64,000 nucleotides of DNA. It comes from Anolis carolinensis. Lineage: Eukaryota. The DNA lies in the NCBI RefSeq assembly GCF_035594765.1, contig NW_026943825.1, forward strand, positions 8,981,802 to 9,045,801, given 5' to 3'. The notes beneath the pieces are model-generated. The model made no database searches, was not told the origin of the DNA, and was given only the letters and a program-made list of their open reading frames with translations. Each line of letters begins with the position of its first letter. The first letter of the stretch is position 1. Shown here in pieces: positions 39,561 through 50,808 of the stretch. Made by a program: the position numbers and the translations under genes.

Positions 39561-40248
39561 TGTAAAGAAGTGTGTTTTATTTTGATTTATAGATGTCATG
39601 TTTGTTTAATTTCGTTTTAAAAGTCATGTTTAGCTATGTTTAAAAGGGTAAGTATTAGTTACCAGTGCGTGGGGGATGGTAACCAGCTCAGCATTCTGAG
39701 GCAGGTTACCATTGTAACGAGGGCGGAGCCAACCGCCGTTTGAAGAAAAAGGAGGGAATATTTTAAAAAACAGTTTAGTCTGTGATTTTTAGTCACAGGG
39801 AAGACACTGGTTCCAAGTTAGGGAAACTAGGGGAACTCAGATCTCTGGTGGTGTTAAATTAAGCAAGTTGGGTGACTTGTTTGAGTTTATTTGTAGAGTC
39901 TGAGTAGTAGGGGGAAGAAGTCCCAGTTAGATCCAAAGTGATCAGTTAATAGCTTTGCAACCATTATCTAAGTGCTTATAAAGAAGTTACTGTAACCACT
40001 AAGCTCTGTGCCTGAAATAAACTTATTTTTTTTGTTCTTCAATATCCAAGTCTCTATCACCTATTTTCAAAATTAAGTAATGCTACCATCTAATGTGAAT
40101 AAGAATAAGAAAAAATAAGAGAATAAAGAAAAAAAGATAAATTCCTCTCTGCCTGACATCTCCACAATTGGTGGCAGCGGTTATAGTTATATATATATAT
40201 AATAAAATAATTAATAAAAAGATTCCTTCTCTACCCCACATCTCTACA
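39561..40248 (+). mobile_element. LTR-derived element with internal PBS-like sequence
   Basis: TGTA...TACA termini, 5-bp TSD GTATT, AATAAA near 40016, TGGTGGCAGCGG near 40168. Confidence 0.65.
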
Positions 40249-40636
40249 GTATTTATACTTTATTTATATTTATATTCATCTATTATTTATTTACTTACTT
40301 TTATGTATTTATATGGAAGTTGAGAACACATCTAATAATAATAATAATAAAGATAGCCTTATTTATACTTATACTTATTTATAATGTATTTATTTTTACT
40401 TACTGTATATACCCGATTATAAGTCTAGTTTTTCAGCCCTTTTTTTAAGACTGAAAAAGCCCCCCCCCCCCCCCCCCCGGCTTATACTTGGGTGAGGATC
40501 CTGGTTGGCTTATATTCGGGTCAGCTTATACTCGAGAATATATGGTACATTTATTTTTTTCTCTATTATTATTGGCATTATTACATTTATTATTTTTCTC
40601 TATTATTGTTGGTACTTTTACATTTATTTTACTCAA

Positions 40637-40677
<41 letters not shown>

Positions 40678-41738
40678 ACATTTATTATTTCAATCTGATC
40701 TTATTATTATTATTGCATTTATTACTTTACTCTAATATTACATGTATTATTTTCCTGTATTATTATTTATTATTATTACATTTATTATTTTACTCTATTA
40801 TTATTAAAAAGATGCATAAGCAAATTTACATTGAAGAAGATGAGAATAATGATTTGATCAGAGTTGGACAATCTTATCTTAAATTTGAGCTTGATGTAAA
40901 TATTCAAAAACATTTAACCTACTGATGCCTCAATTAATGTAATTTTATTGGTATCTATTTTTATTTCTGAAATTTATTACCCTCGGCTTATACTGGAGTC
41001 AATGTTTTCCCAGTTTTTTGTGTTAAAATTAGGTGCCTCGGCTTATATTCCGGTCGGCTTATACTTGAGTATATACGGTATATTCATTTATTATGTACTT
41101 TTATGTATTTATATTTATGGGGCCCCTGGTGGCACAGTGTGTTAAAGCGCTGAGCTGCTGAACTTGCGGACTAAAAGGTCCCAGGTTCAAATCCCGGGAG
41201 CCGAATGAGCACCCACTGTTAGCCCCAGTTCCTGCCAACCTAGCAGTTCGAAAACATGCCAATGTGAGTAGACCAATAGGAAGGTAATGGCGCTCCATGC
41301 AGTCATGCTGGCCACATGACCTGGAGATGCCTGTGGACAACGCCGGCTCTTCAGCTCAGAAATGGAGATGAGCACCAACCCAGAGTCGGTCACGACTGGA
41401 CTTAACATCAGGGGAAACCTTACCTTTTATTTACATTTGAGAACACATCTAATAATAATAATAATAGCCTTATTTATACTTATATTTATTTATAATTTAC
41501 TTATTTTTACTTATATTTATATTTATTTATTTATTTACTCATATTTATTTATATTTATACGGAAGTTGATGAACACATCTAATAATAACGATAACAACAA
41601 CAATATTAATAGTAATTTATATTTATATTATTAGCATAGCATAATATTCAATATTCTATTCAACCCATCATTTGCCATTGATGCACCTCTTCTTGGCCCC
41701 CATGAACGCACCCGGTCTTGCCCACTCCGAATACTCAC

Positions 41739-41905
41739 ACTTGACAGCCTGGCACACTTGGTAGGCCATGTGCCTGATCTGGTGGAGCGGGTAAGGGAGG
41801 TAGTTGTTGTCCTTCAGGAAGTCAAAGGTGCTGAGCCCCAGGAGCTCAAAGGAAATGCACATGTGGCCGTGGTAGTCAAACCAGTCGTACATCTGGACAC
41901 ACAGG
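41739..41905 (-). CDS. CLK2: CLK2 exon 7
   Basis: [55 protein letters not shown]; 167 bp. Confidence 0.96.
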
Positions 41906-42330
41906 CTGGAGCGGGAAACGGAAAGCAAGACGCAAGTGGGTGAAAAAAGGAAAGCGGATGCACACCGCCTTTGACTGAAGACATTCAGGGAGAGATAGGA
42001 CGAGAAACTGAAAATACAGTAATAAGTATGTGCATGGATTTTGGTATTTCATGTGAAACATTAGTTGCATGGGCCATCTAGTCCAACCGCCTTATGACAG
42101 GTGGGAAAAGCACAATGAAAGCAGCCCTGAAAGATAGCCACGCAGCCTGTTTAAAAGCCTCCAAAGAAGGAGGCACACTCTGATGCTTATAATGTTTTAA
42201 TTGCTGCATGTTTTAACTTGTTGTATGTTTCCTGCTGTGCTGGAAACCGCTCTGAGTCCCTTGGGGAGATAGAGTGGTATATAAATAAATTTTATTTATT
42301 ATTATTATATGATGCAAACCCCACATACTG

Positions 42331-45300
42331 TGTCAGGCTTACTTCAAAGGACCAGTCTGAACGCAGATCAAAGACAGCTGCTCTCAAACACAATCTTTAT
42401 TGAAGAATACATGACTTTGGAAAAGTCGAGAATGACCTAATGTTTACATACATCTAATTTTATCACTTCTGATGCAACGTAATATCACACGCAAATATCA
42501 TCATCAAACCCCACCTTCTGGATCACATTTCCACCAAGGTTTCTATCCCCCCCACACTACAGCAATTATAATTGTTTATACTTTCACCCCTGAGTTCCCA
42601 GGCTCATTTTATCTTCTCCCGCCAGGTGCTCGCATGTTTATGTTATGAAGTCAGATTCAGGGCTTGGAAATTCAGCCCTGGGATCTGGCTGCATGACATG
42701 GCGCCCCCGTTTTCTTCGTCCTCCTCTTCGGTTCTTCTTTCACCATAGTCCTGAAACAAATCAAACAATAACTCTATGGGTCCATTTTGTCTAAAGTCCC
42801 CATATATTTTTTCAGCAAGCTGCGATGGAAGACTGGGTGTATTTTCCCTAAACTTTTTGGCAATGCCAATTGGAAAGTCACTTCATTGATAACACCCTGT
42901 ATTCTGAATGGTCCAATATATTTGGGGCCCAGTTTTCTTGAAGGTAACCCCAATTTGATGTTTTGGGTACTTAACCACACTAGATCTCCTTTATCTAATT
43001 TATCGCCTTCCACCCTCTTTCTGTCTGCGAACGTTTTATACTTTTTGTGTGCTTCTTTTAACGAAGCAGTCACTTGATTCCAACATTCCATCATTTGCGT
43101 TTTCCATTTCCCTGCCTCTGTTCCTTCATTTTCTGTCCACCTCGGCAATTGGGGTAAAGGTTGTATTTCATACCCGTAAACTACTTCAAAGGGGGTTTTG
43201 TTTGTTGCTGAATGTATAGTTGAATTAAAGGCTAGTTCCGCAAACGCCAACCACCTAGACCAGTCATTTTGTCTCATGTTAGAGTACATTCGAAGGAACT
43301 GCCCAAGCGTTTGCTGAGTACGTTCTACCGCCCCGTTTGTCATGGGGTGAAAAGCAGAACTTAAACTCCTTTCTGCTCCTAGCATTTCCAAGAATTTTTC
43401 CCAAAATTTTGCTGTGAATTGTACTCCTCTGTCACTGACTACTCTACTTGGACATCCATGTAATTTGTAAATATGGTTTATGTACAATTCAGCTAGTTTC
43501 TCAGCCGATGGTAGCTTCGTCAGTGCTATAAAGTGGGCCTGTTTAGAAAACAGGTCTAATACTGTCCAAATATAACGATGTCCTTTGCTGACTGGCAGTT
43601 CTCCCACAAAGTCCATAGCTACACATTCCCAAGGCCTGGTAGGTTCCGCTACTGTCTGTAACAATCCCATAGGCTTCCCTCCTCCTGATTTATTTCTGGC
43701 ACAATCATCACATTGGACAACATGATTTTTTATGTCCTTCCTCATTCCTGGCCACCAACAATGTTTTGCTATTGCCTTTGTTGTTTTGGTAATTCCTGTA
43801 TGACCAGCGCTCTGGTTGTTGTGAAAACGATGCAGAATCTTAATCCTTAATATTGCTGGGATATACAGTTTCTTGTTTACAAACCAAAATCCCCCCTTCT
43901 GGTCCCCCTTTTCCGCGTTGGACGCGATCCATTGATCTCCTTTATAAGACTGTTTTAGTTCATTTCCCCAGTTATCTTCCCCGCCGAGTTCGACAAAAGC
44001 CGTGTCCTCCTTTTGGGTTTGTGCTCTTGTCCTGACAGCTAAGCCCCATTGTTTGTCAGAGAATATTGTCCCCTCCTTTGCTGTGGTTAGGCCTTCGTGT
44101 TGAGGCATGCGTGAAAGAGCATCTGCCAAGACATTCTGTTTCCCTTGAAAAAACTTTAATTGGAAATCGAATCTGCTGAAGTATTGCGCCCATCTGATTT
44201 GTTTGGGGGACAATTTTCTAGGAGACTTTAAATACTGGAGATTCTTATGGTCAGACCAAATTTCGAATGGGATTCCGCTTCCTTCGAGGAAGTGTCGCCA
44301 GCATTCTAAGGCTTTTAATATGGCTAATGCCTCTTTTTCCCATATTGGCCAACTTTTTTCAGTTTCGCTGAACTTCCGTGACAAATATCCACAGGGTTTT
44401 AAGTTCCCATTTTGATCCTTTTGCAATAGCACTGCCCCGTACGCACAGTCTGAGGCATCGCAATGGATTATGAAAGGGCTCCTGATATCAGGGTGTTTTA
44501 GGATGGGTCCTTCAGTGAAGCATTCTTTTAAGGCCTCGAATGCCTTTTGGCATTCTGGCGTCCAACTCAGTTTGGCGCCGGGAGCTTTCACTTTTGCTGT
44601 CTCCCCTTTCCCTTTTGTTTTTAAAAGTTCTGTAAGGGGTGCGGTTATTTGTGCAAAGCCTTTTATGAAGGGTCTGTAAAAATTTGCAAACCCCAGAAAT
44701 GATTGTAATTGCCTCCTTGTTTGAGGCACTCCCCATTCTTTCACATCTGCTACTTTAGCTGGATCCATAGCTAACCCTTCTGGAGACATCCGATATCCCA
44801 GAAAGTCAATTTGAGTTTTATTAAATTCACATTTGGACAGTTTTGCGTACAGCTTTGCTTCTCTTAGTCTCTGCAAAACTTCCCGGACCAATTTTACGTG
44901 CTTTTCCTTATCTTCAGAAATGATCAAGATATCATCAAGGAATATGAACACCCCTCTGTACAATAACGGGTGTAGTATTTCATTTATAAGCTGCATAAAG
45001 CAGCCGCTTCCATTTTTTAACCCGAAAGGCAAAATTTCGTATTCAAAATGGCCGAATGCGCAGGAAAATGCGGTTTTCCAAGTATCCTCCGGTTTGATCC
45101 TTAATTTATGATACGCTTCAATTAAATCCAGTTTAGTAAATATGCTCCCTTTCTTCAATACGGTAATTAAATCCTTGACTAAGGGCATAGGGTATTTATT
45201 GTCCTTGGTAATTGCGTTTAAATTTCGATAATCAATGCACAATCTTAGGGAATTGTCTTTCTTTCTCCTAAATAACACTGGAGCCCCGAGAGGAGAATTA

Positions 45301-48016
45301 GATGGCTTAATGAAGCCTCGAGCCAGGTTTTTATCAATGTATTTTCTCAATTCCTCCTTCTCTTGCACAGACATGGGATACACTTTTGGTTTTGGTAAGT
45401 CTGCTCCTGGGGTTATTTCAATCCCTACTTCTATATTTCTTTTGGGAGGCAATTTACTGGCCTCTTTCTGATTGAAAACATCCGCAAAGTCTCTGTATTC
45501 AGGTGGCAATAGCTGTGGGTCTATTTCCCCTGCTTCGTCTTCCTCGTCCTCCTCTTCTGCAATTTTGCTTATCTCCCATTGCATCTGCTGTTCTTTAAAT
45601 GCTAAGCTTTTTCCTCTCCAATCTACTTCAGGATTTGCTTGTTCGAGCCATGGTATCCCCAATATTACATGGTATGTGGCAATAGGGGCTATCACAAAGG
45701 ATATTCTTCCTCCCCATTTGCCTATTTTGCATGGAACTCCCCGTAATTCCTTTGTAGATACTTCCCCAGCAGCGACTGATCCATCTAGCTGCGAAAATGC
45801 AATTGGGGAGTCAAGTGCCATCTGCTGGCATTTCAGCGCTCCTGCTAATTCTGGGGTTATAATGTTCCTAGAACACCCGCAGTCTACAAACGCCTTGCAG
45901 GTGGCCCGATTTTCTAGCCCCGAGAGGCAAATTGGTACTACTATCATGCGTTTGTCCCGACTCACCAATCTTTCCGAAGATTCTGGGGCCTGCACCTCCT
46001 CCTCCGCACGCCTCCCGGTTGCTGGCTTGGGCTTTGGGGCTTTTGGCGGCTCCCCCTTCCGGGCCCAGCATTCCGCTGCTCGGTGGCCCGTCTTCCCACA
46101 TACAAAGCATCCCGGTTTAGGTTTGTTGTCGTCTCCTCTGGAGGGAATCCCCGGCCTCCCTCCGGGTCTTTCTTGCTTCCTCGTTTCTCCTCGACCTCTC
46201 GCCACCGGTCTTTGCTGGCCGCTGCTGCTCCTGAAGCGCTTTACTTGTGCCAGGGTAGATTCGACGCGCCCCGCTAGTTGAATCCATCCCTGGAGCGTCT
46301 CGGGGTCGTCTCTGTGCGCTGCCCAGCTGAAAATCTCGGGGCGTAGTCCCTCTTTAAATAGTTCCACTTTGGTTACTTCAGACCACTCCGGTACCCTTTC
46401 CGCGAGGTGGAGGAATTCCTCTGCGTACTCGGGCACCGTTTTGTCCCTCTGTTTTATTCCTTTCAGCTGGTCTCGAGCCCTCAATTGCTCTAGCCGGTCT
46501 CTGAACCGGTTCTCCAGTGCGGCGAGGAAGCGGGGCACTGACCTCAGGCATGGGTCGCGTCTGGCATGCAATTGCACATACCAGCTGGCTGCTCCTCGCT
46601 TTAGTGTGTTGCCGATGGCTCGAACCCTGCTTGCTTCGGAGGGAAATGTGTGTGCGTTGTCTTCCATGTATCCTCTAATGCTAATTAGAAAAAAGTTCAG
46701 TTCCTCTGATTCCCCTCCGTATTCCAGCTTGAGATCTTCCCTTCTAGGCATCCATTCTGCAGCCCTTTGATATTGTCTGGGCGGCATGGGGAAGGGTTGC
46801 ATCAGGTTTCCTCGGGTGGCTCCTTGGAACACGCCGCGCCCCACTCCGGTGGTCATTCTGCGCGGCTCCTGGAAGTCTGCCGCCGCTGTTGGCTCTTCCG
46901 CCCATCCGCATACTGGCCTAGCTGTAGCCTCCTCATCTCGCCTTTCCTCGTCGTACGGCACATCCTCCTCCTCTTCCTGGACCCCCCGCTCCTCTCCGCC
47001 TTCGTCTGCGAATCCACTGGACCCGATCCCTGGCCCCAGTGGCCTTTCCACCCCGACGCCCATTCGGGGGGTTGGGAGCTCTGTTGGAGACGGCGGCCTC
47101 AGGGTCCCCAGGGCTCGCTGACGCTCCACTTCTCGCGCCATGCTGCCCCGGAACTGCAGCTCCTGCCAGTATTCCTCATCTCCCTCGTCCCTTGCCGCCA
47201 CGGGGCTCTGCGTTGACGCCCGCTGGCCCCTCTGGCTCCAATCTCCTTCTTTGCTTGGTTCTCTCTCGGCGCCATATCGGCTGGCCTCCTTCTGGAGATT
47301 TTCTTCCAATAATGGCACCAATCTCCCCACGGTTTCCGACAGCCTGGATAAATTAGTTTCCAGGATGGATAACCGCAGGGCCACGGTCTCCGGCATACTT
47401 CCTCCAGATCCCCAACTGGTTTCTGCAGCTGCAGAGACGCCTCTTCCGAGCCTGGGAATTCTCTGGGTCACGCCGTTCGGCTTGGGGTACCCCGTAGAGG
47501 AAGCTATGGCTTGCAGCGTCTCTTCTCTCTTCGGCCGGGCCCCTTGCAAAGGCCTCTCTGCCTCATTTGGGCTTTGATCTTCTTCCTCGCTCATTATCAC
47601 TTCACTGCGAATTCCGCAGGAGGGTGAGAAATGGGATTCTCGACTTTAATGTCAGGCTTACTTCAAAGGACCAGTCTGAACGCAGATCAAAGACAGCTGC
47701 TCTCAAACACAATCTTTATTGAAGAATACATGACTTTGGAAAAGTCGAGAATGACCTAATGTTTACATACATCTAATTTTATCACTTCTGATGCAACGTA
47801 ATATCACACGCAAATATCATCATCAAACCCCACCTTCTGGATCACATTTCCACCAAGGTTTCTATCCCCCCACACTACAGCAATTATAATTGTTTATACT
47901 TTCACCCCTGAGTTCCCAGGCTCATTTTATCTTCTCCCGCCAGGTGCTCGCATGTTTATGTTATGAAGTCAGATTCAGGGCTTGGAAATTCAGCCCTGGG
48001 ATCTGGCTGCATGACA
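42331..48016 (-). mobile_element. Full-length Ty3/Gypsy LTR retrotransposon (Tf1/sushi-like) in CLK2 intron 6
   Basis: TG...CA LTRs at 42331-42698 and 47650-48016, identical except for one C in a homopolymer; ATACTG repeated on both flanks; purine-rich tract before the 3' LTR; single intact ORF. Confidence 0.97.
42774..47594 (-). CDS. Gypsy Gag-Pol polyprotein (about 1606 aa from ATG 47594)
   Basis: Gag with CFVCGKTGHRAAEC zinc knuckle, protease FVDCG, RT with FLDD, RNase H (CDAS...EKEALA), integrase HHCC plus D-D-E and GPF motif; no chromodomain. Confidence 0.95.
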   Translation of the reverse strand: MSEEEDQSPNEAERPLQGARPKREETLQAIASSTGYPKPNGVTQRIPRLGRGVSAAAETSWGSGGSMPETVALRLSILETNLSRLSETVGRLVPLLEENLQKEASRYGAEREPSKEGDWSQRGQRASTQSPVAARDEGDEEYWQELQFRGSMAREVERQRALGTLRPPSPTELPTPRMGVGVERPLGPGIGSSGFADEGGEERGVQEEEEDVPYDEERRDEEATARPVCGWAEEPTAAADFQEPRRMTTGVGRGVFQGATRGNLMQPFPMPPRQYQRAAEWMPRREDLKLEYGGESEELNFFLISIRGYMEDNAHTFPSEASRVRAIGNTLKRGAASWYVQLHARRDPCLRSVPRFLAALENRFRDRLEQLRARDQLKGIKQRDKTVPEYAEEFLHLAERVPEWSEVTKVELFKEGLRPEIFSWAAHRDDPETLQGWIQLAGRVESTLAQVKRFRSSSGQQRPVARGRGETRKQERPGGRPGIPSRGDDNKPKPGCFVCGKTGHRAAECWARKGEPPKAPKPKPATGRRAEEEVQAPESSERLVSRDKRMIVVPICLSGLENRATCKAFVDCGCSRNIITPELAGALKCQQMALDSPIAFSQLDGSVAAGEVSTKELRGVPCKIGKWGGRISFVIAPIATYHVILGIPWLEQANPEVDWRGKSLAFKEQQMQWEISKIAEEEDEEDEAGEIDPQLLPPEYRDFADVFNQKEASKLPPKRNIEVGIEITPGADLPKPKVYPMSVQEKEELRKYIDKNLARGFIKPSNSPLGAPVLFRRKKDNSLRLCIDYRNLNAITKDNKYPMPLVKDLITVLKKGSIFTKLDLIEAYHKLRIKPEDTWKTAFSCAFGHFEYEILPFGLKNGSGCFMQLINEILHPLLYRGVFIFLDDILIISEDKEKHVKLVREVLQRLREAKLYAKLSKCEFNKTQIDFLGYRMSPEGLAMDPAKVADVKEWGVPQTRRQLQSFLGFANFYRPFIKGFAQITAPLTELLKTKGKGETAKVKAPGAKLSWTPECQKAFEALKECFTEGPILKHPDIRSPFIIHCDASDCAYGAVLLQKDQNGNLKPCGYLSRKFSETEKSWPIWEKEALAILKALECWRHFLEGSGIPFEIWSDHKNLQYLKSPRKLSPKQIRWAQYFSRFDFQLKFFQGKQNVLADALSRMPQHEGLTTAKEGTIFSDKQWGLAVRTRAQTQKEDTAFVELGGEDNWGNELKQSYKGDQWIASNAEKGDQKGGFWFVNKKLYIPAILRIKILHRFHNNQSAGHTGITKTTKAIAKHCWWPGMRKDIKNHVVQCDDCARNKSGGGKPMGLLQTVAEPTRPWECVAMDFVGELPVSKGHRYIWTVLDLFSKQAHFIALTKLPSAEKLAELYINHIYKLHGCPSRVVSDRGVQFTAKFWEKFLEMLGAERSLSSAFHPMTNGAVERTQQTLGQFLRMYSNMRQNDWSRWLAFAELAFNSTIHSATNKTPFEVVYGYEIQPLPQLPRWTENEGTEAGKWKTQMMECWNQVTASLKEAHKKYKTFADRKRVEGDKLDKGDLVWLSTQNIKLGLPSRKLGPKYIGPFRIQGVINEVTFQLALPKSLGKIHPVFHRSLLKKYMGTLDKMDP

Positions 48017-48879
48017 ATACTGTATATACTCGAGTATAAGCCTAGTTTTTCAGCCTTTTTTTAGTACTGAAAAAAAAAACCTCCTCGGCTTATACTCGGG
48101 TGAGGGTCCTGATGGGCTTATATTCAGGTCGGCTTATACTCAAGTATATATGGTATATTTATTATTTTTCTCTATTATTGGTATTGTTACAGTAGGGTGT
48201 CTCACTTATCCAACATAAACTGGCCGGCAGAATGTTGGATAAGCGAATATGTTGGATAATAAGGAGGGATTAAGGAAAAGCCTATTAAACATCAAATTAG
48301 GTTATGATTTTATAAATTAAGCACCAAAACATCATGTTATACAACAAATTTGACAGAAAAGTAGTTCAATACACAGTAATGCTATGTAGTAATTACTGTA
48401 TTTACGAATTTAGCACCAAAATATCATGATGTATTGAAAACATTGACTACAAAAATGCGTTGGATAATCCAGAACGTTGGATAAGCGAGTGTTGGATAAG
48501 TGAGACTCTACTGTACATTTATTATTTTTATTATTATTATTACATTTATTATTTTTCTCTATTATCGTTGTTACTTTTACATTAATTTTACTCTATTTTT
48601 ATTATTATTAATACATTTATTATTTTACTCTATTTATTACTACATGTATTATTTTACTGCATTTATTATTATTACATTTATTATTTCAGTCTATTATTAT
48701 TAAAAGGACACACAAGCACATTTACATTGAAGAAGATGAAAATGACTTAATCAGAGTTGAACAGTTAATGTATTCCCAGTTTTTTGTGGTAAAATTAGGT
48801 GCCTCGGCTTATATTCGGGTCGGCGTATACTTGAGTATATACGATAATTACCCCAAGACCCCGGCTGGCAGAACTACTC

Positions 48880-49365
48880 AGACGACACAGAGAAGCCATT
48901 GAAATCCACAAGAAGCATGTGGACAATGTCAACAGAAAGGAAGAAACCATGAAAATGAACACAATCTGGCTCTCAGTATTTAAAAACTCTTAAATCAGGA
49001 CAGTAAATAAAGAACAACACTCAGAAGACAAACAGGAAACAATCAGGGCCAGGTAACACAGCCCAATAAAGGATTCTCCCAGGTAGAAAGCAGCCAGGCT
49101 TTGAACCTGCAAGACAATTCAATGCTAATCAAGGTGATCAACTGCAACATTCACACTTGCCTCCAACAGACAAGAGTTCTTTCTACCATCCTGGACATAA
49201 TTCCATAGATATATACACCCCACTTGCTTAGTTTCCAACAGACCTCACAACCACACAGATGTGAGCAAAATGTCAGAAGAGAATGCTTCTGGAACATGAC
49301 CATACAGCCTGTAAAACTCACAGCAACCCAGTGATTCTGGCCATGAAAGCCTTCCTTTGACAACA
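48880..49365 (+). mobile_element. Penelope-like element remnant (other pieces at about 24890-25020, 26190-26310, 28250-28850, 31900-32160)
   Basis: REAIEIHK..DN.NRKEETMKMN-like GIY-YIG C-terminal remnant followed by the repeated pLTR-like sequence. Confidence 0.6.
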
Positions 49366-49378
49366 CACACATACTCAC

Positions 49379-49495
49379 TTTTTGTTTTCTGGATCTTTCT
49401 CGTTAATCTTCTCGAGGACGTTGATCTCCAGGCGAGCGGCTTCTTTGTACTTTTCCACGTTCTTGATTATTTTGAGAGCCACGCGTGTGTTGCCC
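49379..49495 (-). CDS. CLK2: CLK2 exon 6
   Basis: [38 protein letters not shown]; 117 bp. Confidence 0.96.
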
Positions 49496-49815
49496 CTGCA
49501 GAGTGAAGCAGCAGGAGGAAGCAATTTGAGTATGTATATTTTGTATTATATGGTAATGTTTTTTTAACAAGATGAGGAGAAAAACCTGCATGGCAAGAGG
49601 CTCCTTGGCTTGGAAAAATGAAACAACAGCACCTCCCTATGGCTGAGTCAGGAATAGCCTCCAGATGCCAGAGATGAATAAAAGAGGGAAGCCTTGCCTG
49701 TGTTTATGTACTGTCTATCTTTGTCAATGGTATATCAGCATTGAGTGTTTGCCATATATGTACCTGTAATCCATTCTCAGTACCCTCGGGGAGATAAAGC
49801 GAAATATAAATAAAG

Positions 49816-49860
<45 letters not shown>

Positions 49861-50190
49861 GGAGCCCCCAATGGCGCAGTGTGTTAAAGCGCTGAGCTGC
49901 TGAACTTGTGGACCGAAAGGTCGCAGGTTCAAATCCGGGGAGCGGAGTGAGTGCCCACTGTTAGCCCCAGCTTCTGCCACCCTAGCAGTTCGAAAACATG
50001 CAAATGTGAGTAGATCAATAGGTACTGCTCCTATTGGAGAGAAGGTAATGGCGCTCCATGCAGTCATGCCACATGACCTTGGAGGTGTCTACGGAAAACA
50101 CAGGCTCTTCAGCTTAGAAATAGAGATGAGCACCAACCCCCAGAGTCGGACACGACTGGACTTAATGTCAGGGGAAAATCTTTAACCTTT
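49861..50190 (+). mobile_element. Sauria SINE (other copies at 41121-41428 plus, 37546-37873 minus, 55971-56290 minus)
   Basis: tRNA-like head with A box (TGGCGCAGTG) and B box (GGTTCAAATCC) and BovB-like ACCTTT tail. Confidence 0.8.
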
Positions 50191-50196
50191 ACATCA

Positions 50197-50227
<31 letters not shown>

Positions 50228-50290
50228 TATTATTATTTCAAGGACCCAAGGATCAAGTTCTGCCTCGTAATCAAACCGGGAGTCTCTTAC

Positions 50291-50357
50291 CTGCGGTGAT
50301 CCACGCACTGAACGACCCGTCCGAAAGTGCCTTCTCCAAGAGTACTAATAATCTCAT
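50291..50357 (-). CDS. CLK2: CLK2 exon 5 (Gly-rich loop)
   Basis: EIISTLGEGTFGRVVQCVDHR; 67 bp. Confidence 0.96.
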
Positions 50358-50714
50358 CTAAGAAGAGAGAGAAAGAAAGAGAAAGAGAGAAGGAAGGGGA
50401 AAGAAAGAAGGGAGTATGAGATAGCGAAGAGTCTCCAAACGAAGCATGTAAACACATCACCACAAAGACTTCCTTTGCCAGCTCAAGGAGCCGGCCTCTG
50501 AGCAAGCTAAGAAAAATCCCTCCCTAACGTATCGGCATAAGAAAATAAAAACGGAGGAAGGGGAATCAAAAGGAGCATGTTTAAGAAAAAAAAAGGGGGC
50601 TGCTTCTTTAAAAAAACATAACAAGGGAACAGGAGGGGAAAGCTAAGAGAAAAACGGTGTGACTGCGAGGGGGAGCTTAACTAGAGACTAGATTATGTTA
50701 CGATTTGGCTGTAC

Positions 50715-50808
50715 ATCTTTCTTGGAGCCAGTCGCCGATGCGATAGATGAGGTGGCCTTCGTCGTCGTCTTCCACGCTCTTGGCTCTCCGGCCGCTCGGT
50801 TGACTCTG
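50715..50808 (-). CDS. CLK2: CLK2 exon 4 (cassette exon; NAGNAG alternative start at 50805)
   Basis: QSQPSGRRAKSVEDDDEGHLIYRIGDWLQER; CAGCAG acceptor; weak GAT|GTACAG donor. Confidence 0.92.

Noticed and set aside
42699-42800. Chromodomain or env gene after the integrase
   Set aside because: ORF stops shortly after the GPF motif and only about 75 bp remain before the LTR
45472-47577. Several 100-270 aa plus-strand ORFs inside the Gypsy element
   Set aside because: Antisense shadows of gag-pol with no independent motifs
49861-49945. tRNA gene
   Set aside because: A/B boxes belong to the tRNA-derived head of a SINE present in several copies
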